In this document: in pieces, positions 33,318 to 47,800 of the stretch
Layout: every line of letters begins with the position of its first letter
Numbering within the stretch: the first letter of the stretch is position 1
From: Pecten maximus
Taxonomy: Eukaryota
Direction of reading: 5' to 3'
Length of the DNA: 64,000 nt
NCBI RefSeq assembly: GCF_902652985.1
Contig: NC_047025.1
Location: 12,338,001-12,402,000, forward strand
Position numbers and translations under genes: made by a program
The notes under the pieces: generated by a model
Databases searched by the model: none
What the model was told of the DNA's origin: nothing
Seen by the model: only the letters and a program-made list of their open reading frames with translations

Positions 33318-36300
33318 ATGGCTGCTAAGGCTGGAACGGTAGCTTTCGGTTTGGCTGTACTGTGTTGCCTAGGTATCGTGACATCTGTAAACCCAGGATT
33401 CCAGGCCAGAATCACATCGGCGGGGCTCAATTACGGTAAGTATATTGATGAATATTGAAATTGTATATAGATATTAGAAATCATTATCCGTCCTGTTTTA
33501 ATGGATCTTGTTATTGATTTTGCCGTTTCGAAGTGTAATGTATTCACCATAATATGTATAATCAGTAGGTTAGAATGTCATTATCCGTTCAGTTTCTATT
33601 TTTAAAATCATCAGTGGCTAAACTTCGTGATTATATATTACGTATTTATATATTGCGTAGTGATTGTATATACCTTCCTGTTTGATCACGTGATGGAGTG
33701 TTTATGTATAACTTATATGTATTACTAAAGTGCTTGTTAATAACTTTTATTTTACCTATATATTGTTTAATAAACTGATATTTTGTTGTCTGTTTTATTT
33801 CATAAATGTTTAGAATAAACCATATTTATTTCAAAATTTTTTACAATATATCATGCAAGCAATATAACAATACAATGAAATAGGATCCAGAAGCAAGCTG
33901 TTAAACTTATTTAAATATATTTCCTTAACAGAAATTATAGTGGATAACAGAGATTTGATTAGCAAAAATACAATACTCATAGAAAAATCTAACAGCATTA
34001 TTTGATTACCTGAAAAGGAGATTAGAAGAAGAAAGAGAAAAATGGATAGGGAGAGCATTTGCCCGAGTCTAAATTCGTGCATGAGCTATTTCAGTTAAAA
34101 AATTTTAAACATTTTTAAAGCTGTGAAACTGATGCTTGTTGATACAAACCAATAGCACGTGACATAGTTCGAGCGTAAAGAGAAATAAATCAGAATGATG
34201 AAATTTGGAAGCAGAAATTATTATATCGGTGAAAATGGCTAAGGAAAACGTTAGGAGTTGAAAATAAAGTTTTGTACACAAATACATATATCTTTATTTT
34301 TGTTTCTTTAACTGTTCAAATGTAAAGTTCATATTTGTCTCAAACATTAAAATCACAGTTGATATCTAAGTGTTAATAACATTTATGTTTTCAATTTCTG
34401 CTTACATAAGGCATAATTCCAATCCGTTTCAGCCAACCAAATGGCCATTTCGCAACTGTCTGAGACTGTGAGAGGTCAGGATATTAATATACCACCTGGA
34501 AAGGCTGGCCGTGTCTCCTACGCCATAAAAGAGTATGTGGCACGATCATTCACGTTTTCTTAAATCGAACATTAACATTATTTTACTTATTTCTTATTTT
34601 AATCTTGTTTACCGCATTGGATTTGTAGATATATCATAAATGTTCATCAGACATATATATATATAATAAATCCTTTCATTACACCTGAAGAGCTTGCTCT
34701 TAAAGCATGTTGAAAGCGCTAGTGTGAATTTCTGGTTTGTGTTTTTTATTATTATTACTATGTATATCCATCACAAGGACATTATACATTTTTAATTATA
34801 TATATATATATATATAGTTTGAAAAGAAATTAATTCACGTTTGTCACTTTCTCTTCCAGGGCCAAAATAACGGGGTTCTCGCCACCATCCCCAAGTTCAC
34901 TCAAGCCGATTCCCGGATCTGGACTGCAATGGTCGGGAGCAAACATAGGAATTAGCATGTCCGCGGAGTTTAAATACTCTTACAAGATGAAGTAGGTGAA
35001 ATGTTCTTTCTATTCATGTTTTAATTGTCGACCTGTAACACGATTACACTGAACGTAATCATAGGGAAATCAGTACAGGACGTTATCTGGCCATGGTAAA
35101 AATACGAACTGTCTCCTACCGACTGGCTAGGGAGACTTTCTTTTGAGCTTATTCAATTAAGCGTATATCAAGACGGGGGTCTCTGGTTCGATGCCTTATG
35201 GATTATCACAACTGTTATCATTAAGTAGAAAACACATTAGAATGACGGGATATGTGAATAGTCATTGAATTGTGTAATTTATTTTTTTCATTTTGAAATG
35301 CAATATTAACAGAAAAGTTGCATATGTGTAAATAAAGATAATTGAACATTTCTGATTAAAGTAAAGATTCACAAATTGCATTGATTAAACATAATATATA
35401 ATATAGTTGTTAAACTATTGCGTTGTGGGATGTCTTGGAAATTCTTTTTTTTTTTTTTTTTTTATGTATTAGAATGTATTTTTCATGACAATTGTGAAAC
35501 AAACTATCACGATATCTATATTTTGTTATTTTATCCTATTTTTAAACTAGGTTAAAACATAACTCCTTGAAAACTATATATTTACCATTCCCCAGGTTTA
35601 TCAAGATTTCTGATCATGGCAGCTTCGATGTATCAGTGTCTCGAGTTTCCTTCAGTGTGCAGGCCATTTTTGGTAAGTTTGTTTTTATTTTGATTTTAAA
35701 AAACATACCCGCTATAATTACCATATACATACATGTACGGTACAAATCTTTTTAGTTATTGCTGGCGCTGATCAGTTTTGATGTTATAAATTATGTTGAA
35801 GATGATACAAAAAAACAAGAGAATACCGACATAATAACGACACCGAAACTCTTAACTGATCAGTAAATCAAGGGCAATATACGAACAAACATGATTTATA
35901 TGGGGAGCTTAAAAAGAACAAAGGAGAATGAAACCAGGTGTTCGGAAAGGGTAAACGTCTTCTGCTTCATCGACGAAACACAGCATACAGATCTACGTCA
36001 AATCTGGGTTAAGTCACAAGAATTTACCTAATACATTATGTTTTATAATGTAAATTTCTTAAAAACAGCATGTTTTGCAGATCTTGTAGATATTTCCATG
36101 TTTGTGTTTTAGGAAAGGACACAAATGGACGACCGAGCATCAGAGCAGGACCGTGTACTAGCGATATAGGCAGTCTCACTCTCCATTTCAAAGGGAGAAT
36201 GGGTTGGTTATACAATCTTCTTCGAGGACCCATCGAGGGAAAACTTAAAGGTCTCCTCAAAAATAAGGTTGGTTTTCGAGGAAATCATATACGTGAATTT

Positions 36301-39300
36301 TACTTAGGGCAAAAGAAACCAATAATTGAGAAAAACTTTGACCCGTGTGGTACAAGCATTATCGAACACTCTACCTAAAAAATCAGTATTAACAAGTGAT
36401 GACTTATTATTTATAGTTGCGGTGAGTACAAAAATGATACCTTTATCAAGACACACACAAATATAACTAAACCTCAGATATCAATTGGGTGTTGATACAT
36501 GTTAGTGTGGAAATTTATAGGGGAAGTTAGGATAATGAAAGTAAGGAAAGGTTCATTAACTACATAGTGTTTTATATTTCCTATTTGTTTTGATAATGGA
36601 TGATTTTATATTCATCTGGTATTACCATTCACAAGACTTTAAACGTGGTTTGAATGACATGCTGCTCTTTTTCATACAATAAATTGATATTTATGCTACG
36701 ACATTTATGTATTACAAATCATTATCGAAAGGTAGACCTCATATCAAGAGCAGATGACAATGTTTTATTATAGTATATATTGTGTATATATTAGATAATT
36801 AATTAATGGAGTTGATATTCATGTATCAAAGAAATTGTGTTGTACTGCTTATTGATATTTTCCTTATTATTTTAAGCTGTGCGATCTCATTGGGCAGTCA
36901 ATCAATAAGGATGGCGAGAAGTCTTTGTCCAAGTTGAAAGGTAAAATAAACCTCGTTTTCTGTTTTAGATAGTGTGATATTCGAAATAGGTTCGATTTTA
37001 CATGCGTTTAAGGTAACCTAATGTGATTGTCTTTTGTCCGGCGTGGTCCATAGTCTGTCGTCCATCGTGCGTCGTAAACAACGTTTTCAACGCCTTATCA
37101 ATAACCAAGAGACCAAGGTTCATGATATTTAACCAGTAGTTGTTGTAGTAAATTGCTTCTAAGTTGCAAATGATTGATCTTGATTTACTTTAGGTGCTAC
37201 CTAATTGAAATGAATCACTTTGAACTACTTTCAACAGCACAAATAATTTCTGAAATATTCAAATGAGTTCTTATCAATAAAAAGGGGGCAAGATATTTGA
37301 TGTTTTGGCATGTAACATGTTGGGATGCAGGTGTAAATGAATGACCTTGACTTATATCCAGATCACTGGTGTGGAATTTCTTTAAAACAATTAAACAAAC
37401 AGTTTTGAAAACTTAAAAGGGTGATGGCATTTAGCTACAGGTATGCTGGGATAAATGGCTGCCAACCAAATGCACTGATGATCAAATAATTGACCTTGCT
37501 ACATTTTTCAATGTCATTGAAGTCAAAAGTGTTTGACTTCAAACCCACTTGCCGGGATGAAGGGTTAGAAAGTGGTATACTGTGGTCTACAAAGTTGTTA
37601 AAATGAATGACCTTGACCTGTTTCCAAGGTCAAGTAGGTCAAATAGGTTCGAATCTTTTAACGACTTCTTTATATTGAAGGGCTACCAAAGGTGTTTAAA
37701 TGAATGACCTTGATAAACTTTCACTGTCACAGGGGTCAAATGTGTGTGTAAACATTTAAAAACTTTTCAATGAATTAGAGACCTAGGAGCATGATACATC
37801 AATGACCTAGGGTCATGTTATTGGAACAAAGGAATGCTTTGAAGGACTGAAAAGTTTGGTTTGCTCATTTGAATGGCCTTGACCTACATTCAAGGTTACA
37901 TTTGGTCAAATTGGTTAAATCCTTGATTTAAAAACAAAACATCAATCATCAGTATATATTTAAGAACCGTCAGGGTCCACGGGCCTTTTGTTATTATTGT
38001 TACAGTCTGATATTCGAGGAAACAGGTTTATATGAAATTATAAAAAATAAATCTTTTGCTCAACGACTCTCCAATTTTTGAAGGAAACAATAGACGTAAC
38101 ATCATGTAATTATGAGTCAACCTGATAACAAAAGAAGTCTTTTTCATGTCGCAGATTCGGTCATATTAAAACAAAATGTCTCAATAAAATAGATTATGCC
38201 ACGGTGTCATGGTGTTAAGACACTGATAACAGAATAAATATAAGACACACATGAAACTAAGCCCTTCATGATCAGATAACTACAGTTCAACGTGAAATAT
38301 TTATATTCTAGTTACTGTGGGTATTGGGAAACTGTTCCAGCTGGACTACACTCTTACAGATCCACCGAAGTTTACTTCTAACTTCATGGAAACTTATCAC
38401 AAGGTAAATAGTCCTCTTCATCGGTTTCCTTTTTGTATGGTGCTGACAAATCTATGTAAAACCGTTACAACACCTATATACCTTCTGTTCACTTAGACTT
38501 GTTTTGAAAACGAAAACTGCCTTTCTGATACATAAGTCAGGGCACTCATGCGCTACCAAATACTCATTTTCTATCTCTGGCCGATCTGGTCGATCTGCAC
38601 TGTACATTTGCGCGATATCTGGCACAAAGTGGAGTTATGAATAATATGCCGCTAAATCTTAACATCTTTCAAATGCATAACCCGGAAGGGATGTAATCTA
38701 GCAAAATTGAAGTTATTTGTCAGAAAAATACATACATTCATTTCCCGAATGTAATATTTGCAGCATAAATTTCTCTCGTCTTGGTCTCAATTGATATCAG
38801 CAATTTTATCTTAAAAACGCGAACAGGTAACTCATAACATTGTACTTGTGGTTATTTTTCATACGGCGGGATCTTATTCCAAATACAACTTTACTTACTT
38901 TTAACAATATTACTTTCCATACAAAGGTTAAGATGGCAGCGTAATGACATAGTTGTCAGATAGAATATATTTCGAATTATGCCTTTTAAGGGTGAAATTG
39001 ACTGGAAGTCTGCGCCTGCCCCGCCCCCTTTCGAGGCCCCGCCCCTCCCTCCATGGGACGACACGAGCCGGATGATGTATGTTTGGGTGTCCGACTTTAT
39101 GATGAACAGTTTGTTGTATCAGGCCCAGCATCACAATTTCCTTGCATACAATCTCACAGCACAGGACGTATGTATATTCAATAATTACTATGTAATAACA
39201 TTGTCATGAACATTTGATAATCAAATACCTATGCTTCGTAACAAAAGTATATCGAAAAAGGACCTACCATAAAAATTAAGTCTAAACATTAATCATGTAT

Positions 39301-42300
39301 CAAAGATATTGATTCCTTCAGAATTTCGCCATTTTGGTTCCTGGCATCAATAAAGAATCTTACATCATTAAAGAAAAATTTATTTGAATATGCTATACAC
39401 TTGCTCGTCTTTAAAATCAATTACATCAATATGAATTTATAATTCAGCTTCCAGAAAGCCAACGGGGAGTTTTGAACACAACATGTACCAGCTCACTGTG
39501 TATTGGGAATTTCATCCCGGCGGTCTGTACCATCTACTAAAGTCTTATTCTTTATTATAGAGATATTTTGTTAAATTTCCTGATTTCATTGAAAGAACCA
39601 AAGCTATTTATCATCTCATATTTCCCAATACACACGCAATATATTAGCATGTTTTGACAGTTTATGATGAAATCAATTGTGTTTCGTCCAATTTGTCTCT
39701 ATAGTTTAACTACATAGATTTTTATAAAAAGCGTGTCCTTTGAGGATAAAACCCTTTACACTGCATTGCAATATATAAGTAGGATATTTCAGAATTAGCA
39801 TCCCGAGTGTTTTATCATTGCCTTGAAAAAAATCAATTTAACAAATTTGATAAATTCTGATTGGTATATTCAAAGTTTTTATTTTCCTTCTTAACGGGTT
39901 CAGTTTGCTTCAGACCGGATAGAAATCATAAAAATAATATATTGTTATTGCAGCTTCAGACAAAGTACCCTAACTGCCAATTAGAGCTACTAATGAGAAG
40001 TTCTAAGACTCCAGAGATTGCAGTTGTCAATAATTCCATAGAAACCAAGATGTTTGGATCAATTGCCCTATATGCCCAACCCGTAGGGACTTCGTCCACT
40101 CTCTATTTCAAATCGGGTGATCTGGATAAAAATCTGCGCAATGAACGGGGCTCTTCAAGTAGAACAGTGAATTCCAGAAACTACATACTCACAATGAATG
40201 CGGTGAGTATGCTATTCAGTTTTCATTGGTTAAGTTAATCAATTTTGGAACAATTAGAGAATCCAATTGTAAACCAAACCGTAATTATAGCTATACAAAG
40301 TTCAAAGGAAAATATAAAGATATGAATATTTGAAAACTTATGAATGAGACCGTTGAAAAAGTTAAATAAGAATTCGGACCAGACATTCCTGGAAGGCACG
40401 TGTCTTCCGTTTCGTTAAGGACACTGCAATTTAAATTCAAGTGAAATCCAGGACGTGCAATTTTCAATGAGACCTCAGTACGCAACAAATGAATTGGCAT
40501 GCATATCTTCGAGTATCGATCAATTCTAATTTCAGATTTTGTTTTAATTTCAAGAATAAATGTAGATCTTGTATTATCTACCATAAAACATTTAATTCTT
40601 TTTAAACACTATGGTGACAAAAATGACGCCATGTAGCCGTATTCAACCCCTGAACTGATTAGATTAGATATTACATTTATCAATTACGCAATTAAGATGT
40701 TCACTACAGTTCGAAGGCGAAGGCTCAACAAACTTAGCATGTGTCTATTGTATTTTTATGTTACATCTGTGCGACAATATTTCCTTTTGTAAAATGACTG
40801 AAATATCAGTGTACGAATATTGTTTAGATACGAATGTTTCATGCGTAGTTATACAGTAAATGCACTACGCAGACTAAACGCAATATACAGATGTGTGCAC
40901 GTGATCGTAAATAACGAACTCGTGATCTTCTCAAGCACTTCCTGTATACGATGATGATTATTGTGTAAGTGATTTAATAAACCAAACATTTCCTTGTGAC
41001 CTATTGACTTTGGTCTTATGATTTCTTTATACCGTTAACACACGACAAGGGTGTAAATGATTAAAGATGTTTCCTTATTGAATCATATACTTCCTTTATC
41101 GATTAAAAAGTCAGGTTTGACATCTGGTACACTAATTGTGAAAGATAAAAAGAAACGAATCTATCCTGAACTGAAACAATACTGACAACCATTAGTGAGT
41201 CATTCAGGAAGTTACGCCAGTAGTTAAGGAACGCCATTCAACTTGTTATATAAAGACAACCGGTTTCTTTTTTATCTCCCCAGCAAAAGGAAGAGTTATT
41301 GAGTAGTGTAGTCCAATGTCAAAGACGTCATTTGCTATAGCGGAAATGATTATATGATTTTTTTTAAATCAACAAAACAACCATTTTTGACTCAAGCCGC
41401 GAATATATAATCAATCGAAAAACATTATTTTTTAATTTTTCCTCGCTACCGAAATGTTAATTTGAATAGCAATTAAGCCTTATTTTTAAAGAAAAAAACT
41501 GCAGATATAGTTTACTTTCGATGAGCTACGATTAAAAAAAATGGGGGTTTTTTTTGGACAATTTTTAATGATGTAAATCTTTCTCTGTCAATTTCTCGTT
41601 CATTGTACATACTTTTCGCGAAATATGCAGGGTAATATAAAGGTTTATTTACATGAATGGAAATATGATACCTGAGGACAAGTGCTATCAACCGATTGAT
41701 AGCTTAGGTCCATATTGATTTCAGTTTCCTTTGGAAACTGTTTGAAGTAGTTTTTTGCTAACATTTTCGTGTTCTGTTTTGTTGGGTTTTTTTCGTGCAG
41801 ACTATGCATATTTTATTCCTATTTTCCACTCGCTTAATCGATATTGAGTCAGAATTATAACTCCATTTACACGATGGTATTGTCTTTTGTCTACGAAGAC
41901 GATTACTGTTTTGGACATTCCATAATAGACTTATGACATTGGTGTGATATTTGAATGACATTGATCTTAAAGTGGTAAAGCATTTGTATGATATTTGTAT
42001 TTTATACTTGTAGAACATGACTATGACAGGCCAGATAAGCGTTGATGAGCAGGTGATGCACTTCAAGGTCACCAACATGACGTGAGTTTCCCTGACAACA
42101 AATTTCGATCCCATTGTTATAACATTTCAATGATATACCTCTCCTATCCGATAAAATGTAATTTTAGATTGCAGCTTAACTAAATCAAGTGACACTGACA
42201 CTGGTATAGTGAATTATATTCGTCATCACTTTAGTATTTTTAAGCGCAATCAAAACTCAAGCTCTAATTATGCTTAACGATATGGCCGTTTATGATTTAC

Positions 42301-42981
42301 TTATGGTCGACTTTTCAGTATCACGGTTTCCATGCAAAACTCCGCTGTTCCCAATGTGTCTGTAAGTATCCTTGAGAATATATTGATGTTATTGTAAACT
42401 TTAGCGGCAGTTAAATTTTCTCACTTTTCGCGCTGTGCGCATTCGCTCATTACAAATTCGTCATACTGTTTTCTTCGGGTATGAATTATGAACCAATTCA
42501 TCATTGAGTTCATTCCTTTCCCACATCTACCCTAGTATAACTTGGGTCCTTTTGCTCAGTGCTGGTATTTTAATTTGAGACTCGAAAAGCTCATAATTTG
42601 TTTGACATTGTTTCGGCTTTGGGAAGGGGTGTTTTGTATCGAAAGGTAAATTCCCGGTTGATGCATGTGACCAATTGTTCCCGTAGTTCTGAAAGCACTT
42701 GGTCTTTGGTTGCGCCCCTTTAACAATGCCTGTCTCGGGACAGTTGGGGATCTTTAGAGCTGGTAAAATTCGTTGTCAAGCCTTCCTCGTGATTATTTTT
42801 TTTCTTTTTACATACCCTTAGGCCAGTTCAACATTCACTAGAGAAATGTTATGGGTATTACCCCATGGTCTCCTACCGTATTGTCCAAGAGGCAAGCCAT
42901 ATTCACATTTTCCCCATTTGTAATTTTTGATCGGATCTATTGGTGATCATCTATGAAATCATTCTCTACACTGACAATTGG

Positions 42982-43023
<42 letters not shown>

Positions 43024-44880
43024 CTAGGCATGCCTCGTTTCGATGGCTCCATTACTACACTTGCATCAGCATGCCCTGTATCCAGGTAGATATCTTACTC
43101 GTCCTAAACCTGCACTGCGTTCACGATATTTAAAGCAGTTATTAATAACATTATCAACGTTGTCGGTGCATGACGATTTTCTTAAGGAATTGCTCATTTG
43201 AAGACAAAGACGAATGCGTTTTGTGGTTATCATTGTATTTGCTTGTCTCTAGGAATATCTTATGTAATTTTGTAAAGAGAAAATGTTGCATTTCATTTAT
43301 GTCAGGACAAAGCATTAAACTTCCTCATCAAGTATGCTGTGAAAAAGTTCATCCAACCCAGTATTGATGGTATGGTGATTTTATAATACGCTTTCATAAT
43401 AAAGAGTACATGTATATATTTGTAATAAACAATCTATCTAACGAATTACCTGTTATTTTACAAAACATAATGATGATATGTAATTTAAATAAAATTGCAA
43501 GTTTTCATTTTATCATATATTGAATACCCTATTGTCATCATGAAAACAATCATTATATATATTGTGCTTGATAAAGCAATTGTTCGATCCTCCATTTTCA
43601 TTAGTTATAGTTTTATAAAAAAAAAAGAAAAAAGTATACGAATTTTTTGTAAGCATATTGTACATGATATGAACATGACATTATGAAAATAACTGAGGTT
43701 AACAATAGATGCTATATTCATACACTAATGCATCACTTTTTTAAACCGTTATAACGTACTAATCCCATTTACTTCCAATCAGGTCTCGGCAAGGCAGGAA
43801 TCCCTCTACCACTCGGAAAGGCGACTTTGACAAATGTCAAAGTAGTTCTTATGAAGGTATGTGTAATGAAAATTATCTAAATCTTTCAAAGTAACAATGT
43901 ATAGAGTAAGTAGTTTAAACCTGATGTGTTATGCATATATAGACGCATGATTATACTTTCAGTACACCCATCCCTTATACAGCAATATTAAAGATTTGCT
44001 TCTCTGATAAATCTCGTCTATTTAAGGGACATTGGAAGGCCGTAGAGTCAGGCATGCACTATACCGCAGAATGCTTATCGTATGAAGCATCTTTAAAGAG
44101 AATCCCATTTTGATCGGGGGTTTTCTTCTGTGTCTTCTATTTCGAAGACATTGCAGAGTCAAAATTTCATATTTGATCTGCTTCCCCAGTTGCAACACTT
44201 ACTGCCTTCATGTTTTTTTTTATTATTTTTCCTGTGTTCATTTTCCCTCCTTTTCTATCTTTCCCCTTTCCTTTCTTTTTCTTCCTTTTTCATTCTGTCC
44301 TATTTTGCTCTTTCTTTTCAGCTTTCGTGCCTTTCCTTCCTCTTCCTCTTTCTTTCTTATTTCTTGCTTTCTTCTTTTATTTCTTTATGACTCTTTTTAT
44401 TTCTCTCCTACCATTTCCTTTCAATTCATTTCCTTTCTTTTATATTTCCCGTTCTTACTTGTCTTTTTCCTACATTTTATTTTCTTCCATTGGTTTCTCC
44501 TTCACAACAGAAGACTGCTGTTTTCATGATGTTAAAATCCGCACAGACAGACATTATACCAGTTACATATGTGTCTCATTGTCCACAAATGTAATGTACA
44601 TTGTTATTTCACGTCAGTTATAAGATATTTTTCTGATAGCTATGTAGCTTTATTTACCTGGGCGTTTATACGTATTATACGTATAATTCTTATACTGTAT
44701 CCGTTCTATATTGTACAATGAAGAATTGGGGGTCTTCCTTTTGACTACATTTACTTTGAAGAAAATTTGCATTGATATGTTCTTTAGTATATGTAGCATG
44801 TATCATGTGTAATATAAGATGCGTTCTTTATGTTGTAGCATGCTTTCGTCATCGCAACGGACGTGATCTATCATCCCTGA
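33318..44880 (+). CDS. LBP/BPI family protein 1 (lipopolysaccharide-binding / bactericidal permeability-increasing), 15 coding exons, ~509 aa
   Basis: Exons 33318-33435, 34433-34532, 34860-34991, 35596-35672, 36113-36267, 36877-36940, 38312-38403, 38991-39167, 39448-39522, 39954-40202, 42014-42081, 42319-42361, 43306-43369, 43783-43856, 44839-44880 (1530 nt, in phase). Signal peptide, NPGFQARITSAGLNY, WLYNL, N-domain Cys pair, HKGEI, Pro-rich linker, RMMYVWVSDF, GIPLP and terminal IATDV are present. Confidence 0.9.
34600..34795 (+). mobile_element. Penelope-like terminal-repeat remnant with a degenerate minimal hammerhead motif (34681-34725)
   Basis: ACAC-CTGAAGA-GCTTGC..GCATGTT-GAAA-GCGC-TA-GTGT. 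Stem I is ACAC/GTGT and stem III is the palindrome AGCGCT, but stem II is out of register. Confidence 0.5.
37005..37992 (+). mobile_element. Degenerate Helentron-associated non-autonomous element (HINE-like) with internal tandem repeats
   Basis: 5' GTC-rich microsatellite (TGTCCGGCGTGGTCC..GTCGTCCATCGTGCGTCGT), repeated AATGAATGACCTTGAC..GGTCAAA units, and a 3' imperfect palindrome GGGTCCACGGGCC followed by TTTTGTT. Confidence 0.6.
42984..43023 (+). repeat. Poly-G tract (40 nt) in an LBP/BPI-1 intron
   Basis: Read directly. Confidence 0.9.
44210..44500. repeat. Low-complexity polypyrimidine tract in the last intron of LBP/BPI-1
   Basis: T/C-rich sequence that generates spurious Phe/Leu/Ser ORFs. 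Confidence 0.85.
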
Positions 44881-47800
44881 CGCCGAAAATTGAATCTGTG
44901 ATAGGATCGTTGATATCCATCCAAACTCACTTTTGATACAACATCTATGTATGATCTGTCGGTCCAAGTCCATCATCGATAGAAGAAAGAGAGAAAATGT
45001 CAAATGAATCTTTTTGACCATCATATATAATATTAAATTTTAATATACATTTATATATATGTAAAAATATACCTCCTCTCGGAGCCAGGGTCATATACTT
45101 AGGTTTCATTGCTTCTTGCACGTATCTTGTGTATCTCATTGTGCTTATAAACGGCATTTGTCGACATTTTTGTGTTAATGGTATATTTACCTTGTATATT
45201 TTCTTTGTTTTCCCAAACAATATCGTACCTAGCACGGTACGGAAAACGTTATTGTATAGTAGCTAACTATACTTTTTTTACTGTGGTACATTTTGGTATA
45301 TTGTTTTTCTTAATTTTCGATTATCTCTAGTTGTACGTTTTTCACATTTTATGAAATATATACTTTGTCCATATATATATATTTTTTTGGAAGTGTGTTT
45401 CTAATTTTAAATTTGTCGTATTCTATTAACATTCTTTTATATTTGATATCAATTCTTTTTTTGAAATCAATAATTCAAGATCCAAGCAATTTATTCATGA
45501 TAGTTTTGAGCTCGTCGACTTTGACGAAAATCACAGTTCTTTGCTTAATATGATGTACTAGCTGATTCATGTAGTACACAGTAACAGCAATAATAAATAT
45601 ATTTTAAGAAAATCACATGACTGTTTTAATTACTTGATAATTAAAGGACTGTCACTTGGGTCGCTATGTAATACCTGAGACAGATACAGGTTCTTTGACT
45701 TTATTCTCGTGGGAAAAATACAAATATAACAAACAAAACATTAACAAACTGAAACAAACTATAACACTACTGACGCACACTTAATCGTTTCACGCTTTTC
45801 GCTCCAATGTACACAAACGCATACTTGTAACTTACCAGACCTCCTACCGGCGGTATCCAGCGCCCATGACAGGGTTACAAGACAATCCCGACCTCTAGAT
45901 ACTTACTGGGATCATAGAGCAGCCGCTACTCATACACGTGCTCTCGCGAGCACGATCCGTCGAATGTCAAGGTCAAAGTCGACTGTTAACATACTGTCAG
46001 TCGTCCTCTGTCCGTTAGCCATTTTGTTTCGGAAATTTTCCCATGATCCAGAAGACCATATTTAACTTTCCAAAATCTTGCATGCTGATAATCTTTAGTA
46101 TGCAATAGTGATTTTAAAATAAAATAAAATTCGTAAGGTATCGTTCATTGTTAAAGGATGAAAGTCATACTAAAAAAGGCTCTCTACAAGATACCTCATA
46201 AACCCCTCATCCATTTAGTTACTATAGTTTCATAACATCTAATTTATGTAACCCTCAAGTAAGTTAAGATCAGAGACAGATACAAAGATTGCCCCTCTCT
46301 GACATGTCAGTAATCTAGTTTGCCCCAGGAAGGCGACAGTGTATTGCCTACACCGAGCATAATATTCAACACACTGATTTGATCTACTAACGTTTTTTAC
46401 CGAAAGTCATTAAGCGCTCGAGAGCCGCCAATAGACATATATTTACATGTACATTTTACTTGTATGCGCATAACGATGCGTGACACATATGCATATGATC
46501 CTTAGGGATAGAAATGTAAAGTGGTCTCGATAGATTTTTGTCTATTCACACACATACTCTGGTTGGATATGATTGTATACGGTTGGCTATAGCCATTACT
46601 TCACATTATATTCACTAAGACGCAGGTTACGTCCCTATGCAGTGTACCACTTGACAGACTGTATTACATTTAGTGGATGTATCATCACACTCGTCGGACA
46701 AGGTAAGTGTGCTTTTCCTTTCACAATGCGACTGTAATGTGGTGAGCTAGCAACTGCCTTTACCTCTCTGGTTGTATTGAACAGTCACATCCTAGGGTGG
46801 GGATGAGGGAAATGGCGTAAAGTCCATGAATTAATGATAGTGGTGATTACATCATAGTTTGCCTGCTGTCAAGTGCAAATGCACCGAGCTGGATAATAAT
46901 TCGATTTGAATTCTACTTAAATTTGAATTCAAAGTCAAGGTGAAATCTTTGTGATTGCATCATAGATTACCATCTGCCAAGTGCTAATTAATCGATCTCG
47001 GGAACAATGAAACTTCGGCAACAGCGAACTATATATTTCCTGTTTACCTGCAGACAGTTGCATTTTTTTAATTTAATTTTTCTTTCTTTTAAATGGATCT
47101 GCGGTTGAATAGGTAATTCCTATTTCTTACTCCGTTCATAGCAAATAAACGGATAAGAACAACAATAAGATCAATTTCTGTGATATTGGAGTTAATGTAG
47201 CCTTCATGAGGCAAACCAGTGAATATGTGTCAATCACGTAAGGTAGCGATAAGGCCCACACAGGAAATCAGTCGCCATAGCGTAGCGTATATACAGTGTT
47301 AAGTATCCTTAAACTGTTGGAATTTGAATACTCGTAGTCGTGAGATATCGGAATTGATTGAGAGGTTTAGTTTGAGCTTCCTCGTTCCTTGGACGTATCT
47401 TTTACAAACAATTATATATTACATAATGAACTTTCAATCGACCCAAAAGACACAAAAATAAAAGCTTTTTGAATACAAAATGAGAGCTAGATACAGATGG
47501 AATTACTCATGCTGTTTTCCATCCTTTATATATTCTATATATGCCTTAGACATGAGTTTGTGCTCATAATGTCGTTATTTTGAAATTAGATGTATGTATT
47601 GAATCCAGCAAGAAGCTATCATAAGTAATTAGAATTGAATAAAACAATACAGTTTAATTATGAATGTCATAATTGATGCTGTTTCTCGAAACGCTGCACC
47701 ACGATACAGCTCGGCACGTTAAGGGCATGAAGTGTTGGTAACATATTTTTTTTATTTTTTTTTTCCAATTTGTACTATAAATACATGATGCCTTTCTGAT

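Noticed and set aside
42984-43023. Poly-G as a regulatory G-quadruplex
   Set aside because: Cannot be distinguished from a simple homopolymer or a sequencing artefact without reads.
44027-44113. Alternative last exon of LBP/BPI-1 (GHWKAVES...)
   Set aside because: The acceptor is weak and there is no family similarity. Exon 44839-44880 (HAFVIATDVIYHP*) fits the family C-terminus.
44110-44623. Phe/Leu-rich membrane-protein-like ORFs
   Set aside because: They derive from a low-complexity pyrimidine tract in an intron.
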